Of a DNA stretch of 64,000 bases, positions 13,761 to 27,411 are shown in pieces; positions within the stretch are counted from its first letter, which is position 1, and every line of letters begins with the position of its first letter. The position numbers were made by a program, and so were the translations under genes. Where the stretch lies: NCBI GenBank assembly GCA_032718475.1, contig JAUCBJ010000924.1:8761-72760 (forward strand), read 5' to 3'. Below the pieces are notes generated by a model. The model saw only the letters and a program-made list of their open reading frames with translations. It was not told the DNA's origin and searched no databases. Source of the stretch: Nemertoderma westbladi. Its lineage: Eukaryota; Animalia; Xenacoelomorpha.

Positions 13761-14253
13761 AGCTGGCAATGTATATTGCCTTGGTGTCTTTGGTATGCGA
13801 TATTATATTGGTAATATCGCATATCCAATCATGATTCGTAAATCATGCCTTTCCCCATTTTCCGCTGGGTGGTGCAGTGAATTGGATCCGCTAACACTCC
13901 CCCCCCCCCCCAATGCTATCTTCCCAGTGAGAAGATAGCATCAACCTAAAGTGCGCTCCAATTCCGCTGGAATCCAATCTAGTATCCAATGAATTGAATC
14001 CAATCCAATGAATTGAATCCAATCCTTGAATCCAATCTCTTCTTCTCACACATTAACTGAATGCACAGTTCATATACATCAGCATCACAAGGAATAGATG
14101 AGCGAAATAATGGTATTAATTTCATAAAAGTATTAATTTCAAAAGGCGCTATGGTTAAGAGCTGTTTGGTAGCATGGTAGAGGCTAGGCGAACTATACAT
14201 AATATTAGGTCAACCGCTTGCAACGTTGGAATTTCCAGAAGGACGAATAAGAT

Positions 14254-15773
14254 CCCAGGTAGCACAAATACGTAAATTTACGGTAAATTTACGTTCATTA
14301 TTCATCCAGACGTTCTGGATTTATGTTCATATGACGTTGTATTTCTCCCATAAGATGCTATTGATGCTAAACGTTGTTGGCCGTCAGAAGTACCGTAATA
14401 TGAACGGGCAATTGAATGTAAAAGAGACCACAGGCAATCTATGTTCAAATGACGTGTTCACTAGACGTTCATTTCTGGTGTGTTATAGGTCCATATTAGG
14501 TTGAATAAACGTAAAAATTTAACGTGAGACCAACCAATCCAATGTTCTGTGTAGAGAGGGGAGGGGGGGGGGGGTTTAGCCTACCTTATCCAATCCCTAC
14601 ACCCTATCCTACGGCCCTACACCTACAATACCCTATACATTTAGAGAAGGAAGCATCAGAGTATATATGAAATTATTTAATCGATAGTGATATAAGAGTA
14701 TCCATGATATATTATGGTGATGATCCACAAATTCACATTGGATTAGTTAGATTTCTGTATTTTATCTTATTACCAGCCAAAATAGATTATTCATATTGAT
14801 GAATCCTAAAAAAATTAATTAATTTTATGACCTTATAATTGATATTTTAAATTTTGTATCTATGCAATAAGGCAATAATACATACAAAACGCAATTGAAA
14901 CGTAAGAAAGGTTTATATAATATGATAAATTTGTAAAATAAAAAATAATGTTTTGCGATTAAAAAAATTACCCTACGCATGATAGAAGTTTGAACATTCC
15001 AACGCCCATATATCCGATTTATCTCAACAAAATGTAATGGTATTTGGTCAGTTGGTATCAAAATAGACAAACTTTTGCGGTTTTCTTTCTTTGATATTTT
15101 CTTGGTTCAAAAGGCCTAATATATTCTAATAATTTTATTACAATTTTTCGTGACATAGTACTAGTGTATTAGCTTTAGTAATCAGTAGAATCACCTTTGT
15201 CTAATTTTGATGTTATTTGTTGTTTAAAATGTTTAAAAATGCGTCAGCATTGTATTGGTTATCAATGTTTTGTTGTGTGAATAATTTTTCGATTACTTAA
15301 AGTAATTGTTTTGTATTGAGAATGTACCATTAGTCCAGATATAACTAAGCGGAACCACACCAACCATACAAGGAGTAGGCTAACCAACATAAAAAATAAT
15401 TTCACAATAATAAATAGTCAGATAATTGTATCACGAACAAGTTTGAACATGCCATTGACATAACAAGTTAAAGTAAATTATGTTTGAACGTTCATAAACG
15501 TTCAAACAACGTACATATTTAGGTTCAAAGAAATGAACGCATAACTGGACGCAATTTGAACGTTCAATATTCGTTTGTTTTGGTTCATATTCAATTTCTT
15601 TAAAGTTAGGACGTTAAATTACCTAATGTGAACGTCACAATTTGGTAAATTACTCACAACGTCAGCAATTTTTACCTATTTTGAAAAATATTTCATTGAT
15701 GTTCAGATTCGCATAAAAAAAGTACCAAATATGAACGTTCAATTTCTTTCGTGGACGTCCTGTGCTACCTGGG
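14254..15773. mobile_element. Non-autonomous CMC/EnSpm-type DNA transposon
   Basis: TIRs CCCAGGTAGCACA / TGTGCTACCTGGG, 2-bp TSD AT on both sides, many subterminal ACGT motifs. Confidence 0.85.
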
Positions 15774-16646
15774 ATGGTGGTTCCACACTGATGCTAATGT
15801 GTCTAGTTCGTTTTGAATTAGTGAAGTAAAACAGAACTGAACAACAGCCTTTGAAACAAAGTCTCCGGGGAGGTCACCTTCTGCCTGCAATTCTTTTAAT
15901 AATTCTATCCATAACTGCACGTTCTCCTTCCGAAGAACCCCCCACCAACTCTCGATTCTTTGATTTGCTGTATTGCACCCGTCTGTATCCCGTCTTGATT
16001 TTTTTACCTACTGACCAAACTTTTGGTCAATACTGTATTCATTTATGATATATTTTTAATTCATTCGACCTTCTTTCCTGTTTATCCAATTAATAATTAT
16101 TTCATTAGTGCTAGCACACAAAAACAGTTAATGCATTTACTTGTCTACTGTAGCTACTGTATATTAGGCCTACAAAAATATGTGGACCATCAACCATGAA
16201 CCAATATGCTTCTTCTATAATGTATAATGTATTATAGTCCATTAAGAACACTAATGGTTCTTAGAAGGCATATAATATATTATTCAACATGCTTTGTTAC
16301 TACTATCTGCATTCATAGAAGTCACCTGATTAAATTAATGGCTTATATATTACAGCGCCTCCTGACCCTGTTTATAAAGCCGTACAAGTAGTTAGTTATT
16401 CACAAAGCCAGAGCGAAAATGTTTTGCATTAGTACACCTTGAGTACCCATAGTTTGGCCAATTCTTTTCATATGAAAAATGCTTTTATCATGAGGTTTTT
16501 TTCTACAACAAATATTTGACCTTCCGACAGTAGGATGGTAGCTAATAATTTTTATTTTGTGTTAGCTAGTACATTTTTTTAGCTCGTGAAAAAAGTTAAT
16601 TTGATTTTATATTTATATTTTTTTTTTGGATAGTACTAGTTTGTGG

Positions 16647-17461
16647 CAACAGTCGAAAACAGGCGAAAACAGTTGGAATGTAGGGAAAACAGACGAAAAC
16701 AGTTAGATCGTTTAAAAATAATCATCCATGCATCCAGGTGAAAGTAGATATTGAAGTTAACTAGGCGTAATTATAGATTTAAAATTTAGTGGCATTTATA
16801 ATGTCGCTAACTTAAGATGATGTTCTACCCTTAACCCATGTACAATAACACTGATTACCCGTTGCATGATTATGGATTTTACTCCAGTACTGCAATGCAG
16901 TAAGCCTACAGAGTAGAGTATTCAGTACGTCTATTATACCGGCACCCGTACCGGCACCGATAGAAGAAGATAAGATGTTGAAGTACGAAGTTCCGGTATC
17001 TTCGCTTCCAGCTGTTTCCGCATTATCAGAACAAACAAAATTTGTTAATGCTGAAAATGAAATAGGCGTATGTGTTATGTATTTTACGTACCTGGCATCG
17101 TTATTACAGACATGGAGTTCAGACTTAGGCCTACAGTACTAGCTACTACTACTAATAACAATCAATAAAGTGCATCTCTGCAATAATAATAAATTCAATT
17201 ACTACCCAAACGGTACGGGTACAGTACAACAGGTACCGGTAGGGCAGCACGGGCACTGATATGAGCAGTGTTATTGTACATAGAACGTCATCTTAAGTTA
17301 GCAACATTATAAATGCCACTAAATTTTAAATCTATAATGACACCTAGTTAACTTCAATATCTACTTTCACCTGGATGCATGGATGATTATTTTTAAACGA
17401 TCTAACTGTTTTCATCTGTTTTCACTACATTCCAACTGTTTTCGCTTGTTTTCGCCTGTTA
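16647..17461. mobile_element. Foldback/MITE with about 200-bp inverted arms
   Basis: About 16650-16853 is the near-perfect reverse complement of about 17266-17460 (e.g. TCATCCATGCATCCAGGTGAAAGTAGATATTGAAGTTAACTAGG). Confidence 0.85.
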
Positions 17462-18061
17462 TCAATTTTACCATTCTTACCCCTTATGAATTTAATTAAT
17501 TGTAGTGTCAAAATACGTGCAAGACTATCCGTTTTCTATTGATATAAGCAAAGTGTGAAATGATTGAGAATTAATGTGTATTTGAATTGATCGAAAATAT
17601 CTCTCCATAGAAACCAAGATAAAAAAATATATCAGATCACTGCTTAATGAGTGCAGCCAATCACTGTCGATTTTCAAAATTGGCTTCCCGCGCATACTTA
17701 AACCCGCCATTTCGACCGTTTCCTCGTGTTTTTACAAAAACACACCCCGCCATTTGATTCCGGGCACCTTTTTACCCAATATTCGATTGTTTCTAGCCCA
17801 ACAATTTTTGCGCGCACCAACCCTATTCTGTCCTAACCAGTGATCGAATCTTGAGCATCTTGTTTGGTCCCCATAATGTCACCAAAACTCCATGTGGCTG
17901 ATTAATTTATGGCTCAAACTAAAAGTAAGTAGTCGTAGTATTCGAATCAATTATACTTTCTGCACAGCGATAAAAATATGATGAAATCCATTCAATAGTA
18001 AGAGGTAAAATACAATGAATAGTCTTTGAATAATACATTCTTCAACATCCTATTGGACATA

Positions 18062-19573
18062 ATGACAACGCAATCACTGCTAGTGTGCATTGGTTTTCTT
18101 GCGTGTATGACTTCAGCTGGTGTGATGACTGATAAACCCAGCATTGGTCTTCAACTTTATAATATCGCCAATATTCCCCGTAGTGCATACAATGATCGTT
18201 ACATAAAGATACTAAAAGACGTCAATTATGACCTATATCTGAATGAGGGTGAACAATTTAACGAATTTAATGAAGTATTTGAAATAATTATCACGCCATA
18301 TATTTGTACCTTTGTCGCAGTTGGTTTAATCGGACATGCCATTACCATAACAACAGTTCTACTTGAAAAGTCATTTAACACCTTGTTTTACAAAATGTTA
18401 ATTCTCGACGCTATTCTGGAGTCATTATGTTGTATTGGGAGGTTACTGCTACGTGGGGAAACTCTCTCATGGTGGGTGAAATCTACCCCGGATTATGAAA
18501 TAATCGATGGAGTGTCTTATCTAGTTTACAAATCTTCTAATTTGTTATACTGGATTTTTAAAATGTGTTCGCCAATGCTCGTTTGGGCATTTCCCTTTAC
18601 TGCACAACTGTTATCTTTAATAATGGGTCTAGATCGGATTGCAGCCTTGTATTTTCCATTATGGTATAAAAATACCAAAGCGAAAAATCCCAAAATGGTT
18701 TATATAGTTTTAATCATTGTGGTTGTTTACTGCGCTGCTCTCAATTGGCCTCTTATGTTTTCATTTAAAGGTGAAATAAATATGGTTGATGGTGTTACTG
18801 AATATTGGGCAATCGATGATTATTGGAGAACCAATAATGAGCACATAAACACAGCTTATCGTATTAATGGTTATGGTGTTCCACCTGTTTTACTCACCCA
18901 ACTTATAGCAGTACTTATTATAGATGTCCTAATTATAACAAAGTTTTATAATGTGGCTAGGGTAAACCCTCAATCACCGTCAATGTTAAAGATGTGCAAT
19001 GCAATAAAACTTCTTATGATAACTGGTACTTTATCTGCTATACACATTGTTTCTTTCATAGTAGTTATAATAGTAGCTTTTCACTTATACCAGTTACACA
19101 GTACTTTAACTACAATGTCCAGCGCAGCAGACATTACTTACTTTATAAAGTATGAGCGGTTCTTGAACAGAACATCCTATGTTCAAGACATGGTGTTTAT
19201 TGTTTATTCTCTTAACTTTTATCTTATGTACGCTATAGTTGCAAGCTTCCGAGAAGCTGTGAATACCAACATATTTAGGTGCAAACCTATTTATCTCAGC
19301 GCGAAACGTCGCTGCGATGTTGTGATTGTAATAATTTGTTTTGTGCAGACCAGTGCCATCATTGCGATATTGATAAAAATGTTGGTGAAAGCTCGTGGGA
19401 GGTTGGCGAATGGTCATAGAGAATTGGTGAAGGTTTGCGGCGGCGGGAGGAGGGCAAATGGTGATAGAGGGTGGGTGAAGGTGGGCAAAGGTTCTGGGAG
19501 GGTGGGTGAGAATTCATGGGCGGTGAGAAAAGGGTTAAAGAAGGTGGGTGAAGGTTCGTGGAAGGTGGGCTAA
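18062..19573 (+). CDS. Intronless rhodopsin-class (peptide/chemoreceptor-like) GPCR with an aberrant C-terminal tail
   Basis: Signal-peptide-like MTTQSLLVCIGFLAC; seven hydrophobic segments; GLIGH (TM1), LDRIAALYFP (DRY-like), LNWP (TM4), SLNFYLMY..SFRE (TM7/helix 8). Confidence 0.8.
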   Translation: MTTQSLLVCIGFLACMTSAGVMTDKPSIGLQLYNIANIPRSAYNDRYIKILKDVNYDLYLNEGEQFNEFNEVFEIIITPYICTFVAVGLIGHAITITTVLLEKSFNTLFYKMLILDAILESLCCIGRLLLRGETLSWWVKSTPDYEIIDGVSYLVYKSSNLLYWIFKMCSPMLVWAFPFTAQLLSLIMGLDRIAALYFPLWYKNTKAKNPKMVYIVLIIVVVYCAALNWPLMFSFKGEINMVDGVTEYWAIDDYWRTNNEHINTAYRINGYGVPPVLLTQLIAVLIIDVLIITKFYNVARVNPQSPSMLKMCNAIKLLMITGTLSAIHIVSFIVVIIVAFHLYQLHSTLTTMSSAADITYFIKYERFLNRTSYVQDMVFIVYSLNFYLMYAIVASFREAVNTNIFRCKPIYLSAKRRCDVVIVIICFVQTSAIIAILIKMLVKARGRLANGHRELVKVCGGGRRANGDRGWVKVGKGSGRVGENSWAVRKGLKKVGEGSWKVG

Positions 19574-19859
19574 TATTCATGGAGTGTTGGGTATGTGGAT
19601 GTGGATTGCGATATTGATAATTACACTGATTAAATTTTAAATTTTGCACAAGAGTATCCAGTATAAAAATAAATAATAATAAATAAATAGGGAGAAATAA
19701 ACTAAAACATGCTAGTTTGCATTTGTAAAATGTACATGTTTAATTAAGTGGAGAATAAACTGACCTTGGGCTTGTGGATTTTCGGATGGACGAACTTTGG
19801 TCACAGAATGGACATAAAAATTAACTTGTTTTAACAGTTATCCCATTACTGGTTGTGTA

Positions 19860-20025
19860 TGTCACCACTACCTTGCAATTCCTCCAAATGCTGGATGACA
19901 GCATTATCAATTGTTACACCAGCAACAGCAGGCGTAGATGGTGCTGAAGGAAGACGTTTCAGAACTTCATTGCGGTTTAATGGATAGATACCTCAGGCAC
20001 GAAACCCACTAATAAATAACTTTCT
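19860..20025 (-). pseudogene. pogo/Tigger (DDE-1) transposase C-terminal remnant
   Basis: Manual minus-strand translation ISGFRA*GIYPLNRNEVLKRLPS matches the SGFxxxGIYP motif. Confidence 0.65.
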
Positions 20026-20962
20026 GCTCTTTGTTAGCCCTGAAAAGCCCGAGGGGGGGGGGGGGGTTTAGATTCTATAGAGATGATCGATCAAGGGAAC
20101 TTCAAATTCCATGTAAATTCCTCAAATTTATCAGGGATATTATGAAAAAAACTAGAAGTTCACACGACCTGGAGTTTTCGAGATATAAGGAAGCTGTGAG
20201 TGACACCTATGTCAGCACTTTTCAGCACTGCAATTTTACATTTCAGTTTCTTTGGGGTAACTTCACTCAATGGTGAAATAAATCATCAAAATTCGGTTAT
20301 TTTGAACACCAAACCCATTGAAAACAATTATGGGTAAAATTTGGTGTTGAAATTTGGAAATTTGAAAAGTACCACAAGAGCACCAAAAGTGCAAGTAGTG
20401 TGAAATTTCAAATTTTGAAATAGGATACAACGTCAATATCCTCACCAATACTGAGGTTTTCGTATGTGCTGATTTCATTGGTGACAATTATAAGACGCTG
20501 TAGTTAACCAAAATGGCTCGAAAATGAAAATATCCCCTACTAGAACTTTTCAAATATATAATTTTCAAATAAACTACTTGTTTCAGTTAACTTATATCCA
20601 ATGCCGTATATATTGGTGATCTTGGGTTTTTTTGAACGTTGAACACATTTATAACAAGATTGTGTATAATTCTACAGTTGTGTTCTCAATTAAAGTCCAT
20701 TCTTCAATCTGTTCAATCTGTTCAATTTCCTCAATCTGTAAAACTCTTTCATGGCACCGCAAGTTTCTAGCCTACTGAGTGATTGACAGACGGTCGTGGT
20801 TGGCTCCCCAAAGTAAAGCTGTTTGTTGATTTGAATGAGTAGATTAATGCAGGGATCAGATAAATTATGGGGCACTTGCAAGCCAATAAAGTAAATGTAT
20901 TTTAGTAAGCATTATTTACCATTTAACATGGTATAGCAAATAAAGAGATCATACCATAAATT

Positions 20963-21305
20963 GGGTGTGGCTGGTCTAGGTGGTTCGGGTGTGGCTGGTC
21001 TAGGTGGTTCGGGTGTGGCTGGTCTAGGTGGTTCGGGTGTGACTGGTCCAGGTGGTTCGGGTGTGGCTGGTCTAGGTGGTTCGGGTGTGGCTGGTCCAGG
21101 TGGTTCGGGTGTAGCTGGTATAGGGGGTTCGGGTGTGGCTGGTCTAGGTGGTTCGGGTGTGGCTGGTCCAGGTGGTTCGGGTGTGGCTGGTCCAGGTGGT
21201 TTGGGTGTGGCTGGTCCAGGTGGTTCGGGTGTGGCTGGTCTAGGTGGTTCGGGTGTGGCTGGTCTAGGGGGTTCGGGTGTAGCTGGTCTAGGTGGTTCGG
21301 GTGTG
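20963..21305. repeat. 24-bp minisatellite, about 14 copies
   Basis: GGGTGTGGCTGGTCTAGGTGGTTC units; they account for the three overlapping repeat ORFs. Confidence 0.92.
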
Positions 21306-21795
21306 CCCATTTGGTCAGCCCATGCTGGTATACCCATTTCAACAATATATCGAGAACTAGACATACTCTTGTTTTGAATGTTTTTACCCCCACTAAATCG
21401 ACCATTGCTGTTCTAATAAGTTACTATCACTAATGCAAGGATACCAAAAGTTGGTTATATCGAAAATTGCTAATTTGTAATGTCGCGTCAAATGTCGCTG
21501 AAGCGGTAATTACAAATGAAGTTGGTGGACCAGGTAAATTTTATTTATTTGCCAAAATACTTCACATGCATTATTTTCCCATCAAAATGAACTATTTATG
21601 AGAGGTACAAGACAATCCATGATGTAAGGGGCAAATGATGCACCCTAATACGGGCGGCAGGAGAACGTCGCCCTCAATGGCCTTCTCCATCGTATACGGG
21701 CGGCAGGAGAACGTCGCCCTCAATGGCCCAGACGGCCGGGCCAGGTTGACGGAAACAGGGGCATTGGCCGCTGGTCCCTTTTAACCCATGGCAAA

Positions 21796-22002
21796 TTCAA
21801 ACGTCCAAGAACATTAACGGGAAATTAACTGATACCATTAATGAACGTTACTTTTCAGTTGAAACACCAACACCATTTAGGCGTTATTATATGGAGACTA
21901 ATTTAGAACGTTGAAATCTGGTACAGTATGTGTGCGACGTTTATGGAGTGGACATGTTCTCAACGTCCAAAAGCTGTGTGTGAACGTTATGTGCTACTAG
22001 GG
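21796..22002. mobile_element. Terminal fragment of a CMC/EnSpm-type element
   Basis: ACGT-rich stretch ending TGTGCTACTAGGG, similar to the TIR at 15761-15773; it truncates the Gypsy gag. Confidence 0.6.
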
Positions 22003-22021
22003 TGGTTCAGCAAAGGTTGTT

Positions 22022-22426
22022 TTGAATGAAATTAGTACTGGTGATGGAAAGCCTGTACAAGCTGAAGGATTACATTCAGTTGGTCTTCTTAAGACTGTGA
22101 AAAAAGATGGTGGAAATCTGAAAGAAGATGTTCAGTTGTTAACGGCTCAGGTTAGTACTTTAACTGAAGGCATCAAGCAATTTTTTGGAAGAGCTGAAAA
22201 GGGGCAGCCTGTTACAACTAAGAATATGTATGTCCATAGAGGAAGCTGTAGGCAATGTAGTTTACGTTTAGAAGGAGGTGATGATGTCCATTGTGATCAT
22301 TGTTTTCATTGTGGCAGCTCAGATCATTATGCTCGTGGTTGCAGGAATAGAGCCAAGAATTTAGGTGAGTCTCGGCATCAGGAAAACTCAAGCCGGCCGT
22401 TTCCGAGGGACGGGCAACGGCCATAG
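22022..22426 (+). pseudogene. gag: Gypsy gag C-terminus with zinc knuckle
   Basis: CFHCGSSDHYARGC (CX2CX4HX4C); 5' part lost. Confidence 0.85.
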
Positions 22427-22551
22427 ATTACTATGCAAAGTCCCCTAACAAAGACATTATTTCACGTTGTACATGTTTTGCTGAAGAAATTGAACTTTGT
22501 AGTCTGGTTACTAGTAGCAATGAGGCTAACAATAGTAGTCAGCTAGTAAAG

Positions 22552-25500
22552 TTGGTGGGGCATAGATGTACTATAACATGCTGGTTAGGTGATGTAAAGT
22601 CTGAGGCTCTTTGGGATTCTGGAGCACAGGTTAGTGTGGTATCTAGTGTTTGGGTTGCTGAGAAAATGCATGATATTACAATAAGACCAATTAGTGAACT
22701 CCTGGATTCTGAAATTTTAATTCGGGCTGCAAATGGTTCTACAATTCCTTACTTAGGTTGGATTCCTCTTCCATTTCGGCTCATGGATTTTCCAGGAAAT
22801 CAAATTGCTAATGTGTCAAACATTTGTCTAGAAGTTCCAGTATTAGTGGCAACTACAAAAGGTTTAGTTCGACCAATTATAGGTTATAATGTTATTGAGA
22901 TTTATTTGGAAATGTGTAAGGATTTGGAATTGGTTAACAGCAATAGACCAATGTTTAATTCTTCAATTGCTTCTGCGATAGGGATTTCAGTTAGTCAAGC
23001 TAGTGATTTTGTAAATAAGGCTAATACTAATAATGAATTTATTGTGGTCCCTGCAAGAACTAACAAGCAACCAATGTTGATTGAACCGGGAAGAAATTGG
23101 GTTAATTTGTATTCATTGAAATCATTGATTGCAAATGATGTGATGTTATTTCAAGTGGATGATAATTTTCTTGAATTAATCCCCGATGTTGTGGTTATGG
23201 AAGGCCTTGTATCAGTTGATGATTCAGATAAATTGCTTTCTAGAATATCAATTCTCATTGAAAACAATGGCCCAAGTGTACAGAGATTACCACCATTAAC
23301 AGTGGTTGGACATCTTTCTTTTGTGAAGTCAATATTTCCAGTTGGCCTACTTCAATCTGATGATGAGACTGAAGATACTCTGATTTATGCTGTAAATAAA
23401 GAGTCAATAGATGACCATACTAATTCAAATGATCAGTTATTGTCTATGGATGAAAAGATTGAATTTGTGATAAAAAAAACGGAGCTTGAGAATGATGATC
23501 AACGAAACCTTCTCCATTCCCTACTTCACGATAATAAAGATTTGTTTGTCAAGGACTCATTTGATATTGGTAATATGCCTTCATTACAAATGGACATAAA
23601 GCTTACAGACTCAATTCCAGTTAAGAAATCATATCAGTCTATACCTCGTAATATGTATAAGGAAGTAAAAGATTATTTGAGTGATCTTATACGAAAGGGA
23701 TTTGTAGAAAAATCTAACTCTCCTTACTCAGCTCCACTCATTTGTGTCAGAAAGAAATGTGGTGGATTAAGAATTTGTGTAGATTATCGAGGTTTAAATA
23801 AGAAACTGATTAGGGATGAACATCCACTACCTAAAGTGCAGGATTTATTAGACAATCTGGGAGGTCGACAGTGGTACTCTTTATTAGATCAAGCTAAAGC
23901 GTATCATCAGGGGTATGTAAAAGAGGAATGTCGCCCTTATACTGCTTTTGTAACTCCATGGGGCCAATACCAATGGATACGGATTCCGTTTGGAATTTCA
24001 AATGGTCCTAGTTGTTTTCAGCGAAAGATGGAGGATACTTTTGAGGATATGCTAGATGAATGTTGTAACCCATTTCAAGATGATACTTTGTTGTATGATA
24101 CAACTTTTGAACAACATTTGGAAACCATAAAGATGGCATTTAAGAAATTACGAGAAGTTGGAGCCAAGCTGAAAATAGAGAAATGCATATTGTTCCGTCA
24201 TCAAGTTAAATTTCTGGGATTTATGGTTAGTTCCAGTGGATATTATATAGATCCTATGGTTAAAGATGATGTATTGAAGATCAAAGATTCGAATATAGAG
24301 ACTGTAGGTGACCTACGTCGTGTGCTAGGTTTCCTTAGTTATTATCGCCGATTTATTCGAAACTTTGCGCAGAAGGCGGCTAATCTTTTGATATATTAAA
24401 GACTGGTGACAAAACTGTTAAGAAGACAAGGACAGGCCAAAGGCTTTCTAGTGATAAAATTCAGTTAAATAATGAACATTTAAAGACACTACATTCACTT
24501 GTAAATGAAGTAGTTGGATCTGAAATAATGGCCTACCCTGATTTTGAGAAACCATTTATTATAACAACTGATGCTAGTAATCATGGGCTTGGAGGAGTAT
24601 TGTATCAGAAACAGGCAGATGATAAGCTGCGCGTTATTGCTTTTGCCTCACGATCATTGACCCAGGCTGAGAAAAACTATCACTTGCATTCAGGAAAGCT
24701 AGAATTTTTAGCATTAAAGTGGCTCATCACTGAGAAATTTAGGGATTACTTGTTATATGCTCCAAAGTTCAGTGTTTATACCGATAATAATCCTCTTGTA
24801 TATGTTATGTCTACAGCGAAGCTAAATGCAACAGGGCTTCGATGGGTTTCAGAATTGAGTGATTTTAATTTTGATATTATTTACAGATCTGGTAAGAGTA
24901 ATGTTGATGCTGATTTTCTATCACGATTGCCAAGTTTATTGAATAATTCTACTGATAGTAGCGAAGTAGAAGTATTATCAGGTGATTTTCTTAAAGCATA
25001 TCTTGATTCAATACAACATTATGAGGAATTGTTTGTGGCTCCAATTTCAGTTTAATTGTATAGTACTGATTTGAATGATCAAGAAATTAACCGAGAAACT
25101 CTTCATCATATTCCACTAAATGAACTGCGACATAGCCAACTTTCAGATCCTGTTATTGGTCCTGTACTTAAGAAGATGGAAAGAAATGGCGATGACTCTA
25201 AGTTTGGCGACATAGCGTATCTTGCATTATCAGGGACGTGAATTTGATAATAAACTGTTTAAATGTTTAGCTGAAATGACAGGTATAAAGCGTTCTAGAA
25301 CAACACCCTATCATCCCATGTGTGATGGAAAGACTGAACGTTTCAATAGAACTCTACTTAACATGTTGAGAAATTTAACTGACATTGAGAAGGTACATTG
25401 GCCCAAGCATCTGAATAAAGTGGTGCATGCATATAACTGTACGCGCCATTCTTCTACAGGATTTGTTCCATTTTATTTGCTTTTTGGGCGATCACCGCGT

Positions 25501-26421
25501 CTGCCTATTGATTTAGTTTTCCAGGATTGTGAGACAAGTGAGGAAGAGAACGTGACTTCACCTTCAAAGTATGCTGATAGGTATAAACAGGCGATGGCTG
25601 AAGCATACAAGTTAGCTGAGAAACATAGTAAACAAGGAGGTGACCATGGTGCAGAGCAATACAATACGCGTGTTAGAGGACATGATATAGATATTGGTGA
25701 TCGTGTCTTGGTCAAATCTACAAAGCCCAACCAACCACATAGAAAGATCCAATCATACTGGTCAAAGGATGTTTATATTGTCAAAAAACGTTTTGGAGAG
25801 AATCCAGTCTATGAGGTCGTTGTAGAATCTAATCCTTCTGTAACACGAACTCTTCATAGAAATATGTTGTTCCCCTGCTATTATTTGAATATGGATCAAC
25901 ATGTTCACAACGGTAAACATATGAAACCAGCCATCAAGACAACACAACTCAAGCCTAAACCTAACCATCATAATAAGCCTATCCAACCAGAATCTATGGA
26001 TAGTTCTGATGATGATGAGGGATATATCGGTTTATTACCTCCTCGCCGTAACATTTCCGAGATTGATGACTCAATTATAACGAACTCTACGGTTCATTTA
26101 CCCCCGGAATTGAATCCAGCAGCTTCTCCTTTTCAACCGTGTGATAATAATGGTGCAGGTCGGGGATTGGAGGACCCTAATGTTGCAGCACGTCGCCGTG
26201 GACATCGTTGGCAACATCCACTAAGAAGTCCTTATCAACTGCGTAGTCATCAACCAACACCGTCACCTGGGGTTACTCATTTGCAGTATATTTCTGCAAA
26301 TTCCCCAGCTTTTATTAATTACCCTCATGTTCAGCAGCACGATTGTCCTGTCAATCCTACTTATTGTTCTGAATTCAGTCCTGCAGCAATTATTTATGTT
26401 GTCGCCCCAGTTATATTATAG
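22552..26421 (+). pseudogene. pol: Gypsy pol, frameshifted, with the integrase N-terminal part deleted
   Basis: ALWDSGAQVS (protease); LRICVDYRGLN, IPFGISNGP, FQDD (RT); TDASNHGLGGVL, KLEFLAL, TDNNPL (RNase H); QGREF, TTPYHPMCDGKTERFNRTL (integrase). Frameshift near 24390; deletion near 25200. Confidence 0.93.
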
Positions 26422-26975
26422 TACATTGTTACATAATTTTCAGCTCCAACCGTCTTATATGCCTTACTACTCACTGCCCTAAGTTTGTTAAACTTTTAAA
26501 TACTTTTTCATTTTTTTTGTTTATAGAGTTTAGGTTTTTGTATATCTTTATATTGCCCAAAGTTGGCATTTTTTCTTTATTTATCTTTGTTTAATGGCGA
26601 TTGAAATAATATTGCTTTACTATGTTGTTCAATTTGGAATGTTTCATATTCTTAATTAGAAGGGTTAATTTCAGTTTGTGGACTGATATATTAGTAGCAT
26701 TAATTTGAATGCTATTTCCTGTTTTTGATATCGATGTTTAGATTGCTTTCCTGGCCAGTTAGTAATTAGATCGATTGTCAAGTTTCAGTGGTGTTTGGAC
26801 TTTTATATAAAGCTGAGACACAGTTTTTTTTTCTTGTTTGTTGAAGCCTAATCCGACGTGATTTAAGAATGCTTTAGTGTTTCTATATATATAGTTTTTG
26901 TTTTTGTATAGTTTTAAAACTGTATTTTTTTTTACATCATCAGGGACGATGACCATTTTCTTGGCGGGGTGACTG

Positions 26976-27300
26976 TGTAATATGATAAGGGGACCACCCT
27001 ATTTTATTTATCATTGACCCATATATAGTACTGTATGATTTTTGTGGAATGGGATAGAAGGGTGATGTTTAGAAAGAGTCAGGGAGTGTAGATATGCCGA
27101 TACCGGTACGGTTTTATATTTAGATATATATATATAGGTTCGTCTGTCTGTCTGCTGGGGTTATGTTTTTTGTTGCTGTTGCAATGCCTATCTAACTAGG
27201 TAGGCCTAACTGCCGAATAAATATTTTGACTGATGTTGAAATAACTCATTTCTTTATCTTTGGAATTCACACTGCAGAAATGCCGTGCAGCCCTGTAACA
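26976..27300 (+). repeat. 3' LTR of the Gypsy element
   Basis: TGT...ACA termini after the purine tract; TATA run near 27125; AATAAA near 27216. Confidence 0.75.
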
Positions 27301-27411
27301 AATGCGCTAATAACTTTCCAAATAAGTCTTAAAGTGTCCTCCTGACGAGCTAAAAGTTTGTCCTGCTGGTCTGGATATCTTCTCCTGAGCACTGATTGCT
27401 AACGGTAGGCT

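Larger units (their letters stand above)
22003..27300 (+). mobile_element. 5'-truncated, decayed Gypsy/Ty3 LTR retrotransposon
   Basis: Domain order gag CCHC - protease - RT - RNase H - integrase; purine-rich tract near 26963-26972; 3' LTR. Confidence 0.95.

Noticed and set aside
20912-21405. PEPPRPAT / HPNHLDQ / GSGVAG repeat proteins
   Set aside because: Open frames are expected from a stop-free 24-bp repeat; no flanking domain supports coding.
24060-24095. FQDD instead of YxDD in the Gypsy RT as a novel catalytic motif
   Set aside because: The element is frameshifted and deleted, so decay explains it; a single copy cannot show otherwise.
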